From Fimbriosthenelais zetlandica (taxonomy: Eukaryota): a stretch of DNA of 64,000 bases. The position numbers were made by a program, and so were the translations under genes. This document shows, piece by piece, positions 48,485 to 64,000 of the stretch (its first letter is position 1; every line of letters begins with the position of its first letter). The notes under the pieces were generated by a model. That model did no database searches, was not told the origin of the DNA, and saw only the letters and a list, made by a program, of their open reading frames with translations. Location of the stretch: the NCBI GenBank assembly GCA_977030845.1, contig OZ365116.1, positions 3,720,001 to 3,784,000 on the forward strand, in the 5' to 3' direction.

Positions 48485-50262
48485 CTAACCCGATGCCCCG
48501 ACCATCTCCCTCCATCATCATTCAATCAGAGCTACCCTCACAAGTGACAGTCTAGTTAAATGACAATGAATAAAAGATTTCTTTAAAAAACAATTGATTC
48601 GACATTATTTCATTCTTGGCAATTAAAAGCTTAGAAAAGTAACTTTAAACATGGAACGGATTATAGTACAAAAGACATTTTTGAAACTCAGTTAAAGGCC
48701 AATAATAACAAGATTACTTTGATAAAATACTTTCTTGATTATTCAATATAATATACTCCGTCGTTACAATTAAAAACATATCAAAGTAAGTTTGAACATG
48801 GAATTGAGGCTAGGTCCTATTATCAAAGACTAATTTCAAATATATTTGAAGAACATTATCAAACCAGCCCAAAGTTATCTATTGACTAACGCATATATAC
48901 ATCTTACACATATACAATCTTTATCTCAATTAATCATCAGTTTGCAGGTTAAAGTATTGAAATTAGACACCGGTACAGATTGCACAAATCCCAGAAGCAT
49001 AGATCTATACAAAGCTGCAAGCATTTGGGACACAAGAAAAAATCTTCCAACATTTAAATGCATTTATCCTGCTTAACATAATAATGACTAAACCTTTCAC
49101 TGAAGAGTAGGTCAAGAAAGTGAACAAAAGTGCAAATGAATAAAACCAAAACTATATATAACTTTTCACAAATAGCGATATCTTTGATCGTAAAACTCCT
49201 ATAACTTTCATATACCAAGCCATTGACTGAAGAAAAGGTGCATGTAAATATGTGTGCTAAAAGTACATCCGGTTAAAACTTGTTAAAGTTCTTCACAAAA
49301 ATACATTTTTGCTACAATAAATACTTATAATTTGCAAAATAATCATATTGCTGAAATTGCTTTAGAAATATACTCATGCCTTGTGGGAAACTTTCCGTTC
49401 AAGACCATATCATACATTATCAGTTTAAAATATGACAATCGAAAATAATTATATGACGTGTGCTTATCAATGAACCCAGGAGAAATATAGGCTACACCCT
49501 GAACATTCCTACACCCTAAAAATTTTTCTTTTCTTCTCGAGTACTTTACCGCTGGTATTAGGAAAAAGAATAAAAAAAATTTTTCTACCTTCATTCCTAC
49601 ACCCTAGTCCGAAATACATGTATCAGATCATCTTAAAGTTTGACCCTAAATCTGATATACAAGTGCATTGGTATATACATCTTTTGAGTCCCCAAACAAT
49701 TAATTGTGTGGGGTTCCACTCTAGAGGGACAAGATCTTATAACAAATGTAGACCTACACAGGAAACAATAGCTGAGGATTCTGGAGGATGCAGTGTTCAT
49801 GCATGGAAGACTGCGGGTAGTCGTACAACTTATTGGCTTTTATCACATCATTTTAAACAATACACAACCATGGGATAACCTTTTTCAACACCAAGCTTGG
49901 AATATATCCCATGTATTGGCACACTTGAGATTTCCTAACAACAAAGGGCATCAGTTATCAGGATGTAAAATAATATATCATTATTTCCATAAGTCATCTT
50001 TTAAGTCTTTTTCCTCACATCCATCTATTTTAACTATACATCCCAATTCGTTACAAAGTAGACATGATATATACAAGAGCTAATGGAAGATATAGAAGAT
50101 ATCACAATGTGCAATTATAACAGAATATGGTAGATGATATGAAATAACGAAGAGAAAATGCTACAGAAAGAGTTCAGAACATTAAGAATTATTTATCTCC
50201 TGTTAGAGAAAACAGTTGGTTTCATCTGGAGATATTTTGAACTAAACGTGAGCTTCGTGTTG

Positions 50263-53200
50263 TCATCTAAAGTTGAGGTGGGAATGTTGGCGGAGCTCAG
50301 TCAATAGTGATTCCTCCACAGGCTCTTGTAAGTCTCCCCTGGAAAAATGGGAAAAGTTACTGAGAGACTAGTTTAACTTATACTTGTTTTACGACTATCA
50401 TGATTGAGGAAGATATGGTTGCGGAGATTAATTAGCTTAATTTGGAGTTCATTAATTTATTAATTTGTATTCTGTACGGGGTATTGTCTTATCATAGAAC
50501 TATATAGAGGCCTTTATAAGGTTCTATGGTCTTATGACAAAGCTAAAGTACAGAGTTAAGATGGGACTCAACTCTTGCGATTTTGCTTGTGATAATGCCA
50601 AAAATGTGCTCAAAACAGCATAATTTATAGATTGTGGATAAAGTGTCAAATGCCTTAATGCTGTCCTCCACTGGTACTTCTCATGTCGACACATTTGTCG
50701 CAGTGAGTCAAAGGCAACAATAATAATAGTGGAGTACATAGAAGATGAGAGGATAGAAGGGAAGGTAGGTACCTGAACATATCGTGGACAGTAAGGAAGC
50801 CCGTGTGATGTTGTACAGAGTCTGATCGCTCACGGGTACGTTCCTGGTTCCTGTCCCACCTCATGATGAAGTTCTGAAAACCACAATGAAACAAGTACAA
50901 ATACTGCACGAACAGAAAATTAACAACCCAAATTCTTAAATTTTTCAAAAATATTGTCGGTTGAATAACTTTAAACTAATGTTTTCCGCTTTCTGTATAT
51001 GTACCGACATTAAATAAAGTTTAAAATGACATGAAAAATAAATTCAAAAATACAATACTCACCTCTAGAATAAGAGCTGTGAAGAGGTTAAGGACAATCA
51101 CCACTGTTAACAACCACCAACCAATGAAGTAAAGCTTCGTCCAACTGAAACAAAAGAAAATAAAATATTTATTTTTAGCCATGGGTAGATAACAAAACGT
51201 GAGAAGAAGTACGATTTTTTTAAGAAGAAATATGTATATTGTTAGATTTAGTCTAAATTAATTGAGTTCGATAAATAAGAATAAGTGAGTGAAAATGAGG
51301 AATTACCCGTTTACGTAGCGTGTGTAAGCATCGAGGAACACCTGCCAGTTGTTGACGACCATGATATCCCACAGTACCACTAGCGCCGCCTAGACCCAGC
51401 AATTAAAACGCCATAACACTATACACTGACATTTATTCATTTGGATGAAAAATATTTTCATTTCTCGCTCTTAACTAAAATAATCCGAGAAAATATTATA
51501 AATCTTGAAAAAAAAATTAGATAAGAAAAAGCCTATTCATGAAAGTATCAACAGGTGTGAGATTATTCACGAAGCTTATATCTTTTATATCTTAAATTAC
51601 GAATTAGGATTGGGTGAATATATACTTACTCCAAAATCATCAAAGTTATTAGCCCAGTATTGGAGGTTCTCATAGCTTCCACATTCATAATGTTTGGTGC
51701 TGAAAAAAGAAATATCAGCAAGGTTGATCAGTAAAGGACTCATAAAGGTACTTGAGGAATATAGAAGAATTTCACGGGAGAAAATGTTCCAAATAAATCA
51801 CCTGTTGGTTTTATTTTCAGCATCAGGCGGAATAGCATCTCTGAATATCTCCATACCCAGGAGGGCGTAGGAATAGTACAAGACCTGCAAGATTAAATCA
51901 TTCAAGATCATATAGAAATGTTAAAATAGGATACTGCAAGACCTCAAATCATCCAAGAACATTATAGAAATTGTAAAAATAAGAATAGTATAAGACATGC
52001 AAGATTCAATCATCCAAGACCATTTTATTAATGATGTTAAGTATGTTAAAAAGGAGAGGTCGTACAAACTGACTGGTGTATTTGTATATAAATTATACAT
52101 TTCAGTCGTGTGTTGGCCTTCCTGGATCGAAATGAACAAGTTATTTGATAGATGAATTATTCAATAGGTGAGAGTGAACTACTTACAACCAGTATGCCAG
52201 CAAAGGCCTTTAGGTTCTTGACGAGGTCCACGAGTGTGTGAACCACCACAGACATGGCCTTGATCTGAGTGACGATTCTCAGTAGACGTATCATGATCAA
52301 CATGTTGATGATCCGGACTAGATCCCACAGAGCCTGGCTGTGTGTCACCACAGACTCACTGAAAACATTGAAAAACAATTCACATTTAGCTGAAGAATAT
52401 CTCCACACGAGAAGGAATCCGAAACTCTGACAATGAATTAAGATTCATCAGGAAATCGTATTCATATATAATTTTGCAGGAGTTAGACTGGTTTTCAAAG
52501 ACATTCAAATTCTGGAAACAGTATTTGATGTTCGAAGACATTCCTATATTTTTCAGAAATCTCCAGATTTAATCTAGCAGAATAAACTGGTAAATGGAGA
52601 TGGGAGAGGACATACCTTCCCCACATGGGGATTCCATACATAGCGAGGTAGATGATTTCCACAACCTGCAGCAGAAGATAAAAGAATTCCTTTTAAATGC
52701 ATGAGGTTTAATATACATTTAAATTATAATTTTGAATATTTGGTAGACCTATATGGAAAGTAAGTTTATAAACGAATAAAATGTTGCGCTTTCATAAGAG
52801 AACTTACCACTAGAACTAGTGTGATCAAACCATCAAATATATTCCCTTTCTCAAAGATGTACCGCCTCCATCCCAGCGCCCATAACTTGAACGACTGCTC
52901 CACTAAATAATAGAAGATGAAGATCAAATTCAGCACCTGGAAGAAACAGGAAAATCTCTTAGTGAATATGATTTGAAAGATTATGAGTTTTAGTTTAATT
53001 TCAGCAAAGTGGACAGAAGAAATCAGGCACGTTGTACAACCAAAGATATATAAAAATTACCCCCAACATTGTGTGACTCGAACTTCGTATTTGATCGTAT
53101 TCTGTACTCAGTTCAACCTGAAATTTAAAAGATAAATAATTTCAATGATTATAAACATTTATAATTGAATGTATTAGCAAATGAATGAATGGGTTTTCAA

Positions 53201-56200
53201 TAGATACACCAAGAAGACGTGATAACATGAGACGTTAAATTAATGACATTTACACTTACTGATATACAGATGACATTGCCTAAGGCAACAGCACAACCAA
53301 AGTAAGTGAAGAATCTACTAGCACCGACAGTCTGAAGATTCCTAAGGAAAGGCCGGTTTATTTCACGAATAGGAGGTCTCTGAAAGTGTTTAAAAGGGAC
53401 GAGAATTATAAATAAATCTCAGAGCTAATCAGCCGAATCTGACTAGAAATCTAAGGGAAGGGAAGGGTCGGTGAAAGGTAACGGGTATAGCATTATGGCA
53501 ACAAGAAATTACTATCTGACAGACAAAATTCATCGTCCTCCCGGATCCAACATTACCAGAAAATGATAAAAGATCGAATTGTACAGTATTTACCATTATA
53601 TTAATGTTTTTATCTACAATCAAAACACAAGATATCAAGCACAACTCACCACTTTTTTATCGAGATCCAGCTCGATGGTGCTGAAGACTGCCTGAAAGTC
53701 TGTGGACGTGAGAAGACCTCCCATATTGTCATCCAATTCCTGAAAAACATGAGAATACATTATGAAAAATATCTTAAAAGAATAATGGCGGTTTCCTCTG
53801 ATGTTCAATTGCTACTCGTGTTCGGCAAGCACATTCTGTAACTTTAATTATTAAAAAAACACAATTCTTTAAAGTGATGTTACTTATAACTGCTCTTTGT
53901 TGGAAACATTGTTAGATTTCTTTTATAGCATATGTAATTAACATTAATTCATGACAAAAATATCTTTACCGCAAACATGGCCATTTTGTAGATAGGTAGA
54001 ATGGTAGCCTTCTCTATGACCAACCGTAGATGAGACACGGGCACATTGTGCCTGAAAAAAACAGAAATAAAGTGTATTATAAAATACATAACTCATTCTA
54101 ATGTTTTGTTTCTTTATAGCTAGTCAAATCCACAATAGTTTAATCTTTTATGTCAAATATTAATATATAAAACGTTCTCATATAAAGGTTTCTCACCCTA
54201 TGGTATCAAAGTTGGACCTGAACTGGACAGACACCTTCCTGTGTCTAAGTACTTCAAATGCTGCTCGCACACCAAGACGCCTCCGGAAAAGACTGCCTTG
54301 CATGGAATTCTGAAACAATTAAAATGTGTTATCAACATATTTTACTCATTATATTTAAGATTGTAAAACAATCTATATTAGATTAACTGAACTCACAAGA
54401 AAATATCCCCTGAACTGGTTATAGATGACGGCAGTGAGCATGTTCATGAAGCAGTAGAGACCTGCAAGTGGGACATGTACTTGATTAGTCGAGTGTAGCA
54501 ATTCATGGCTTGAGTTTTAAAACAGACAGAAATAAAAAAAAAACTTAAATAATCAATAAAGTATATGACTCACCGATGAAAAGGAATACAATGAAGTATA
54601 CTGCATAAAACCTATTGGAACTGTAAGCCGGAATCATGACTGAAAAAAAGATACACAGACAATCAGCCAATTAGTTCATAGATAGTTCAATATTCAAATG
54701 TCTTAAGATGAAAATATTTTGAGATTGAACTCACTGTCAGGATTATTGGCCGTGGTTAGAAGAACGAGAAGATGAACGAATGAATCCTGTAACGTCCTGA
54801 AGTATTTATTTTCCTTTTTGCCACCCTAAAAATGAAATCAAACATTAGATTGGTATTGAATATAATTATTATCAGTGCATATTTTGGGGGTGGGAGGGGG
54901 AATTACGAGGAAATGATTGACATAAACTCTTAAAAAAAGATTCAATGACATAATGTACATGTATTTAAATCATCTATGAGGAGTATAGAGTGTTAGGACA
55001 TGTGACTCTATGGACATCTATTCCATCCACTTAAAGCAGAAAAACACCAATAAGATTAGTTTATAAAACCTTATAGTAGATTATCCAATACAACTTCCCA
55101 AACAAACGATGCGAATCTCCATAAATATACAGCTTGAAAAAAATAGCATTCGTAATTTAGAGATTTAAAATGTGGTATGAAAAAGTGGTGGTTAACATGA
55201 GAAATGCAGTGCTTCCTGGGAGTGAACCCTGATCATAAAAACATTCATTACAATTTAAATTGAAAACCACTTAACATCTAGATAACTTTCCTCAGAACAA
55301 GCATGCCCCTTCAAATTATAATGATGCTCCTTTTCGATAGAAACTGTTACCAAAAATCCTTGAGGCCAAAGCTGTGCCTACCATAGACTGGGTCCTTTCA
55401 TTATGCGCCAGAGATAAAATGGCAGCCGGAATTAGAGTAGTTCTAGGAACCTGAAGGTTGACATTCTAAATGTGTTAATGAGGGTCACTAGCTAATAGCT
55501 GTAGCTACATGGTAAAACAGTATAGAAAGAATGACTAGGACAAGAGAACACTATTCATATATACACTCATCCTCCCCTAATGCGACCAACTTTAGGGCTG
55601 ACCCAATATGGTCAGTTGAGGGTCCACTATCGTCTGTACCTACAGTATTTCCCTACAAGAACACCCTCACTAAACTGTCATTATAAAATGGACAATTAAT
55701 CCCGGACTAAATTTCTAGAAGGAAGCATATTAATATACCGTACATAAAAACGAAAGACTTACATATTCCAGCGGGAAAAGAAGCATCCCGAAAAGAGTGA
55801 AGAAATACAGATGGATGAAGATGAGAAGCAGCACGCTAAAAGGAAAATAACAGTATGTATTGTATTATCTTGTATTATTTACCCAGAAATTAACATTTAT
55901 TAAACGATATCCTTCTATAGAAATTGCAGGACGATTTACAGAGAAAAAGCTTTGGTACCTGGCGACTTGCGGCACGGTGCGCCTCAAACAGTTGACGGTT
56001 TTTTTCATCAGGGATGAATTCTGCAGCAGGAAGAAAGGTCTCAACATGCGGCGGATCCTGACAGGCTGAAGACAGAAGGAAAATATCATTATATGTGAGA
56101 CTACGATACGCCACTCAAGGCACTCGTATGAACAGAGTAATTCTTATATTAAACGATGAGCATGGGAAGGTACCAGTCAGTTCTAAGAAGTCAAGAGACA

Positions 56201-57916
56201 GTCTACATATTCCACATTGAAGTACTTGCTATTATATAGGAATATTTTAAGTTAAGTTACCAATGCATTCTATATATGTATATATGACAAATCTTTACAT
56301 GTATGTGCAAATCAAAATCTTCAAACCCAAACTCAAGAGTAGCTGAACTGTAAAAGTAGAAATCCAACTAACCTCCTCGCAGCCATATATGAGAGACACG
56401 GACCAGTCTATGAGAGACACTGTCATCACCACAATATACGCCAGCAGCCATTTATTCTTCACCAGGTCTTGCCTGCCCTTCAAGTACACCTTGGTGGTCA
56501 GATCTGCCACTAAGAGCAACAAGCAGAATGATTCTATGGATTCTGTGATGCCGCATGGCAGCTTGATCCGGGTCCGATCCAGCCGGGGGACTGTGGTGAG
56601 AATGAGAGAGGATGGGAACTCCACAAATGCCAGCAAGTGGAGCACAACTATCACAGAATTAAGGAACCTGGAAAACGTAAAACAGAGTCTTTATATTTCA
56701 GTTGGATGACAATCAAACCCGCAATTTGAGAATGATGGTACTTCCTCGATTTTGGGATCAACCAGTAAAAGTATGGTATCCAATATAATTTATGATAATC
56801 AATTATGATTGTAACAAGCAAGTTTAAGTCTCACCATTGCACTGGTTTTGAGTAATATAATCTATAGAGCTTCAAGGAACGGGAATCAACTTTGTGATGA
56901 ATTGATCGGTACTGCAAAGAAAAAACTAGAAAATATATTATCCCTTATAACATTATACGTTTAGCTCCAGCTAGACCACAAAGAGCAGGAGCCATTTTTG
57001 TCGCCAATTGGGGCTCCCTAGAAGCCAAATAGAAAAGAAAGAAGCATTGAGGGTAACCTGCACCAGTGATTGTGGCTGACTATTGGGGTGTTAAGGGTAG
57101 ACGGGACAGTGTGAGTAGGGTTGACAAATCGAGGTGGAATGGTTGGCTTGTAGCTTCCTACCAAACTACCAATATATATCGGTATATTATATATATTATA
57201 CCGGTATTACGGTAATTAGGAACATTTAAATTAGGATAATAGTTCAATAAATCAGTGTTTAATTTTACCTGTACAGCATCCTCGACAAAGACACATGCTT
57301 GGAGTATTGTCAGGTCATCTGCAAACAGTAACAGAAAACATTTTTATGAAAATGATAAATAATGGCCATTCTGCAAGTCTAAGACTAAGCCTGTGGCAGG
57401 GGCTATGGGGTGTCTTCTCTGAGTCTGAGGTCAGACTAACCTAGATCCCAATCATAAGCAAAACTTTCAGTGAAACTGAAATCGAAAGGTTTGCTTGTGA
57501 TCATTGGCAGGTCAGGAATCCTAATTAGGCCTATGTATAGTACGGTACCGTAGGCCTAGGCAATAGTAGGCCTATAGTACCGTATAGGCCCTATACAGGC
57601 TATAGGGTATCATGTTACCTGTAGTGTAGGCTCAAAGAAAACTGTCAAACAACCCATAGCACCTCTACCACAACCCAAAGAGAAAAAGGCAGACAAGTGA
57701 CACCCTTCGTGGACTAAAAACAATGGATATAGGTCCATAATACTGGAGTAACAGACCTGGTAAAGGAACCCTATAACTGTCTTCAGCCGAGGAGGAACCA
57801 CTGGCGGAGGAGGTTTCCACCTCAGGCCAATCTGTCAACGATGCTTGTCCTCTAAAATAGCCATAACCCGACCTCCTCTCATCTCCTAACAATGGCTCAC
57901 GTTCTAATCGCTGCAT
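50263..57916 (-). CDS. TPCN2: Two-pore channel 2 (endolysosomal cation channel), 786 aa, 24 coding exons
   Basis: Exons 5' to 3': 57916-57757, 57318-57269, 56911-56835, 56667-56373, 56065-55959, 55835-55763, 55450-55382, 54825-54735, 54639-54574, 54461-54397, 54309-54197, 54051-53970, 53739-53650, 53379-53260, 53117-53061, 52936-52808, 52665-52616, 52358-52187, 51884-51802, 51699-51630, 51389-51307, 51144-51063, 50873-50773, 50338-50263; phases consistent. N-terminal dileucine signal EREPLL (human ESEPLL), QACVFVEDAVQYRSI, PCGITES, and filters TTANNPD and VVNNWQV. Confidence 0.95.
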
Positions 57917-58237
57917 TCTTGCTGACTTTGATGAGATGGATCACTTAACAACATCGTTATCGCGAAATTAAGAGTAAATCCCTCAGGGATCATGTGTTTG
58001 TTGACCAATATGTCGGGCGGAAGTTATGACCCAGTTGATAAGTAGGTCAGCGGCCCGTGCAGGTTTCAGTTTGCTGCTTCGAAAGAGTGTCCATAGACGC
58101 GCTCTCTGCCTGGCGCTAGTTCTGCTCCCGTCCGCGCGAGGGCAACCTCATCCAAACACATTTCCGGTTCCTGTTGAGTGAAGCGGTGTGAAGACAAGAA
58201 ACAAAATATTAAATTTCTGGCAAGATAGCAGCGCAAT
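57917..58237. promoter_or_regulatory. Compact bidirectional promoter between TPCN2 and SMAP/C11orf58
   Basis: Divergent start codons only 321 bp apart. The segment is GC/CpG-richer and has an ETS-like TTCCGG near 58163. Confidence 0.7.
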
Positions 58238-59688
58238 ATGAGTTCTGATGATAAAACCGCTGTGTCAGAGGAAAAGGGGAGGAAGAGGAGCATCGAAGAA
58301 TCAAAGTCAGATGAGGTAAGTCTTGAATATTTGGGTGAAATGGGGCAAGAAGAACCTCCCGGCCACTGGCACTGTCACTCACTCCGTCTCACTGCCTGGC
58401 ACTGCCATAGTGTCTTAGTGACTGGCACTGGCACTGTCTCTCCTGACTAGTAGTAATACCCAGGCCAGTAGGCCTAGCCCTAGATAGAGTATCCATCCCT
58501 ATTCCAAGAACAGCCCGCTGGGTGGAGCCTGTGTAACCCTAGAAGGGGCTGATCATATAGGCTAGCCTAGCCCTAGACAGAGTATCCATCTCTACCTGAC
58601 TACCAAGGTAGAGGGACAGGGTTGGTTATACTGGCTAGCCTAGCCCTAGTTCTTACTCCCATTGGCAATGATCATATTGGCACTAATACTGTAATTACTA
58701 CCCTATTAATAATTGGTTTTACTCCTACACGTGAGGTTGTGTCTAAACTACAGAATATACCGGTACCCAGTATCACTTATCAGAGTCACATTGACTATTT
58801 TATCAATTTCTAGGTCCATTCAGCTAACAACTGGGAGAAGGCAAACTTGGGAGATGAAGAAAGACATCAGAAATTCCTACGCTTGATGGGTGCATGCAAG
58901 GTACGACAAATAGATTTATTAGTTGCCCTGTACCCAAATGTCTCATTATCTAGTGGCACTAATTTGTTACCGATTTTTAACATTAATTTTCTTGTCATTT
59001 CATGGCACACTATAGAAGGAACACAAGGGACGCTTCGTGATTGGTGACAAAGAATCTAGGACTGACAGAACACGTGAGTATAATTGAGAAGCTTAAACTT
59101 AGCCTAGGTCATGCGGATAAAATTAATTTTTCGATAAAATCTCATTTCATTTTCCGGCATGTCTAGGTCAAATAAGTAACAAGTACCAGTACCCAGTAAA
59201 ACCAAGAATTGTAGAGTAACTATTCTTAGTAAAACTGCAATTTTATACTGAAAAATCCTGGAATATTGGTATCCTCTAAGTGTAGACTAAGGCTTTATGT
59301 ACCGACGAAATAAACATAGTTGCTGGTTTCTTATTTTGCAGAGGATTCAGCTATGCTTATCAACAAGAAGTTGGAGTCTCAGTATAATGAAGGAATGGAC
59401 CTGAAGCTGAGCGGGGCTGCCAGACACCATACTGGTCTAGGCTTCAAGGAGGAGGAGGACAAACCCACAAAAGATACAACTACAACTGAAAAGGAACAGA
59501 AAGGAGAAACCGAACCAGAGCAGAAAGAGAAGGAAACTGAACCTGGACAAAAGGACAAGGAAGCAGACCTTGGGCAGAAAGAGTCCACAAAAACAGAGAC
59601 AATTTCACAAAAACCTAACGGCGAAGATGAAACTACATTGCAAGAGGATGGGAAAACTGACATGAAATTTGTAAAGTCGTCAAGCTGA
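58238..59688 (+). CDS. C11orf58: Small acidic protein (SMAP) orthologue, 189 aa, four coding exons
   Basis: Exons 58238-58315, 58814-58900, 59016-59073, 59342-59688. [51 protein letters not shown]...GLGF and the terminal FVKSSS parallel human SMAP ([35 protein letters not shown] ... FVKSSGS). Confidence 0.92.
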
Positions 59689-60588
59689 ATAATCTCATAT
59701 TCATAAGTTGCAGTGTGCTTCGCAATTTTTTTCTGAGTGTTTGAGATATTTAGGTGTAGGGCCTAGGCTACACATGAAAGATTAAATTGATATTTCTTGT
59801 AGGTAAAGGTTTCATATCGTTGCAATTATTACCTGTAAAATTATACTTCTTACTTTGTGTGCGTCGTAGGCCCATTAGGTTTATCAATCAATCAATGAAC
59901 ATTATGCACAAGTGGATCGAGTCATTTAAATGCAAATAATATATGATAATTTTAGTCTGTTTGTCTTCCAGTTTTCGGAGGAATATTAAACAAATTGTAA
60001 GTCCTATTTGTAGGCCTACAATATACCCTATGGGTAGTAAAATAATATGAACTTTGGAAACCATCTACCTGATACCGGTAACATGTTTCAATGACATCAT
60101 GGACATTAATGAATTTGATTTGTAATACTTAAATCGTCTATATTATAGGCTATAAAATGAAGTCATTTCAAAGGCTCTGGAACATTTTCCGCAAATAATT
60201 CATGAGGCTACAGCTGGTAGCCTACAAGGAGCGGGCCTGGTATTGTCAATTACAATGGATCTCTCACGTTGATAATGAAACGAATAATAATTATAATATT
60301 GTAATAAAATTACTACGGTATGTAAAATAAGTTCAACACATTTTTCCTTTGTTTATTGTTCCTACTAGTAGCCTTTAGAATTTATCTACTCCCGTCATGA
60401 TTGTTAGGCCTAGATGCCATGATAGGCCTACATCATAGTACATGTATGTGTTTGTTCACAAAAAGTTGGTCAAATCCGCCCATTCAGCCAGCTATTGCTA
60501 GATTCACTAATGAAAAAAGTCTTTTTGAAGCTAGTAGCCAATCAGAGTCATCCTTAGATCTTGAATCCCCAAATCTGAATTTAGGCAG

Positions 60589-60629
<41 letters not shown>

Positions 60630-60636
60630 AAAAAAA
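60589..60636 (+). repeat. C39 homopolymer followed by A9
   Basis: Counted directly. It lies just upstream of the putative non-coding first exon of GFUS (donor at 60859/60860). Confidence 0.9.
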
Positions 60637-61574
60637 TAGTAAGCCTAAGCTCTAGTTCTATCTCTCTACTATGCTATGTTCTATGGCCTACGGTTCCCAA
60701 ATGATGGTGATGCCTGTGTTGGCCACCACGCGTCAGCACCGAGCCATTGATTTTCCACATTGATCTGCCACGTTTATCGGCCACGCCTTGCATCCAGCCT
60801 CTTCCACCTCATCAAACCAGGTAGTCATCATACGCAGGTCTCCATCGTTTTCTCCTCAGGTAAGTCTCTATTACTTCTATTTCTCTTAATTAACGTCCTT
60901 TGTACCGGCTCCGAGTGTTGAAGTTACTGGGCGATAATAGGATAGTTTATCATTGAATCCTATAATAAAGCATGGAGATTGAAGTACTGTTAGATAGAGA
61001 TGCTCCCCACGAGGCCTGGGAGGCTGAGTGAACATTAAAGGCAGTGAAAGATATTGATCAGAGTCATGTCTATGCTTTAACAACGGATAACGAAATTCTT
61101 AACTTTGGTACCGGATTATATATGGCCACTATCTATTTATTATAGGCCAAAGAGTGTAATGATTCCACAATGATTATACTACAGTACCGTAACTAGTATA
61201 GGCTATGTAATGACTAATGAAAACCTTTCAAACCGAAATTGACGAAAAGATTAAATAAATAAAAAGTTCAAATAAATTTATAAATAAATCTATAGATCTA
61301 TCCAGAAATCAATCCCTTGCTGGCAACTCGCAGCATGGTACATTGGTTGGCTGCTGTGCTTTGTAACATGTTTATTTTGTTGCTAACGGTAATGCTAGGT
61401 TGAAGCTTTAATAATTTATTTTCACCCCCTTGGATTAAGCCTATTGGCATCTTTGCTATTGGTATTTTCTTCATCAGTTGATACCAAGTGTAATAGGTAG
61501 GAGAGGCTTCTATTTAAAACTGTTTTATTATTCCAACTTGAAATAACATCCTTTTCTAGTATTACCTTTTATGA

Positions 61575-64000
<2,426 letters not shown>

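Noticed and set aside
57060-57165. Candidate extra TPCN2 exon
   Set aside because: Contains an in-frame stop; the exon at 56911-56835 supplies the expected YRSIHHKVD sequence instead.
60401-60655. ORF with a polyproline stretch
   Set aside because: Caused by the C39 homopolymer.

Overview
Intron-rich eukaryotic DNA from an invertebrate bilaterian (probably a marine lophotrochozoan or similar; the taxon is inferred from protein similarity and sequence style). I rebuilt exon chains by hand from splice signals and reading-frame continuity. Seven genes are supported, in order: the last two exons of a neuromedin-U/pyrokinin-type neuropeptide GPCR (+); a single-coding-exon ankyrin-repeat/SOCS-box gene (-); giantin/GOLGB1 (+, 22 coding exons, about 3,970 aa, with one 8.7-kb exon); a secreted group III phospholipase A2 (+); two-pore channel TPC2 (-, 24 coding exons); small acidic protein SMAP/C11orf58 (+); and GDP-L-fucose synthase (+, runs off the window). 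The most unusual structure is at about 43.2-46.2 kb, directly upstream of the PLA2 gene: a palindrome of palindromes carrying four tRNA-Gly-shaped Pol III units with a GGA anticodon. Other notable points are an in-frame TAA splitting the ASB reading frame, minisatellites that multiply a splice donor or a branch point, and a U12-type intron. No prokaryotic features or CRISPR arrays were found.
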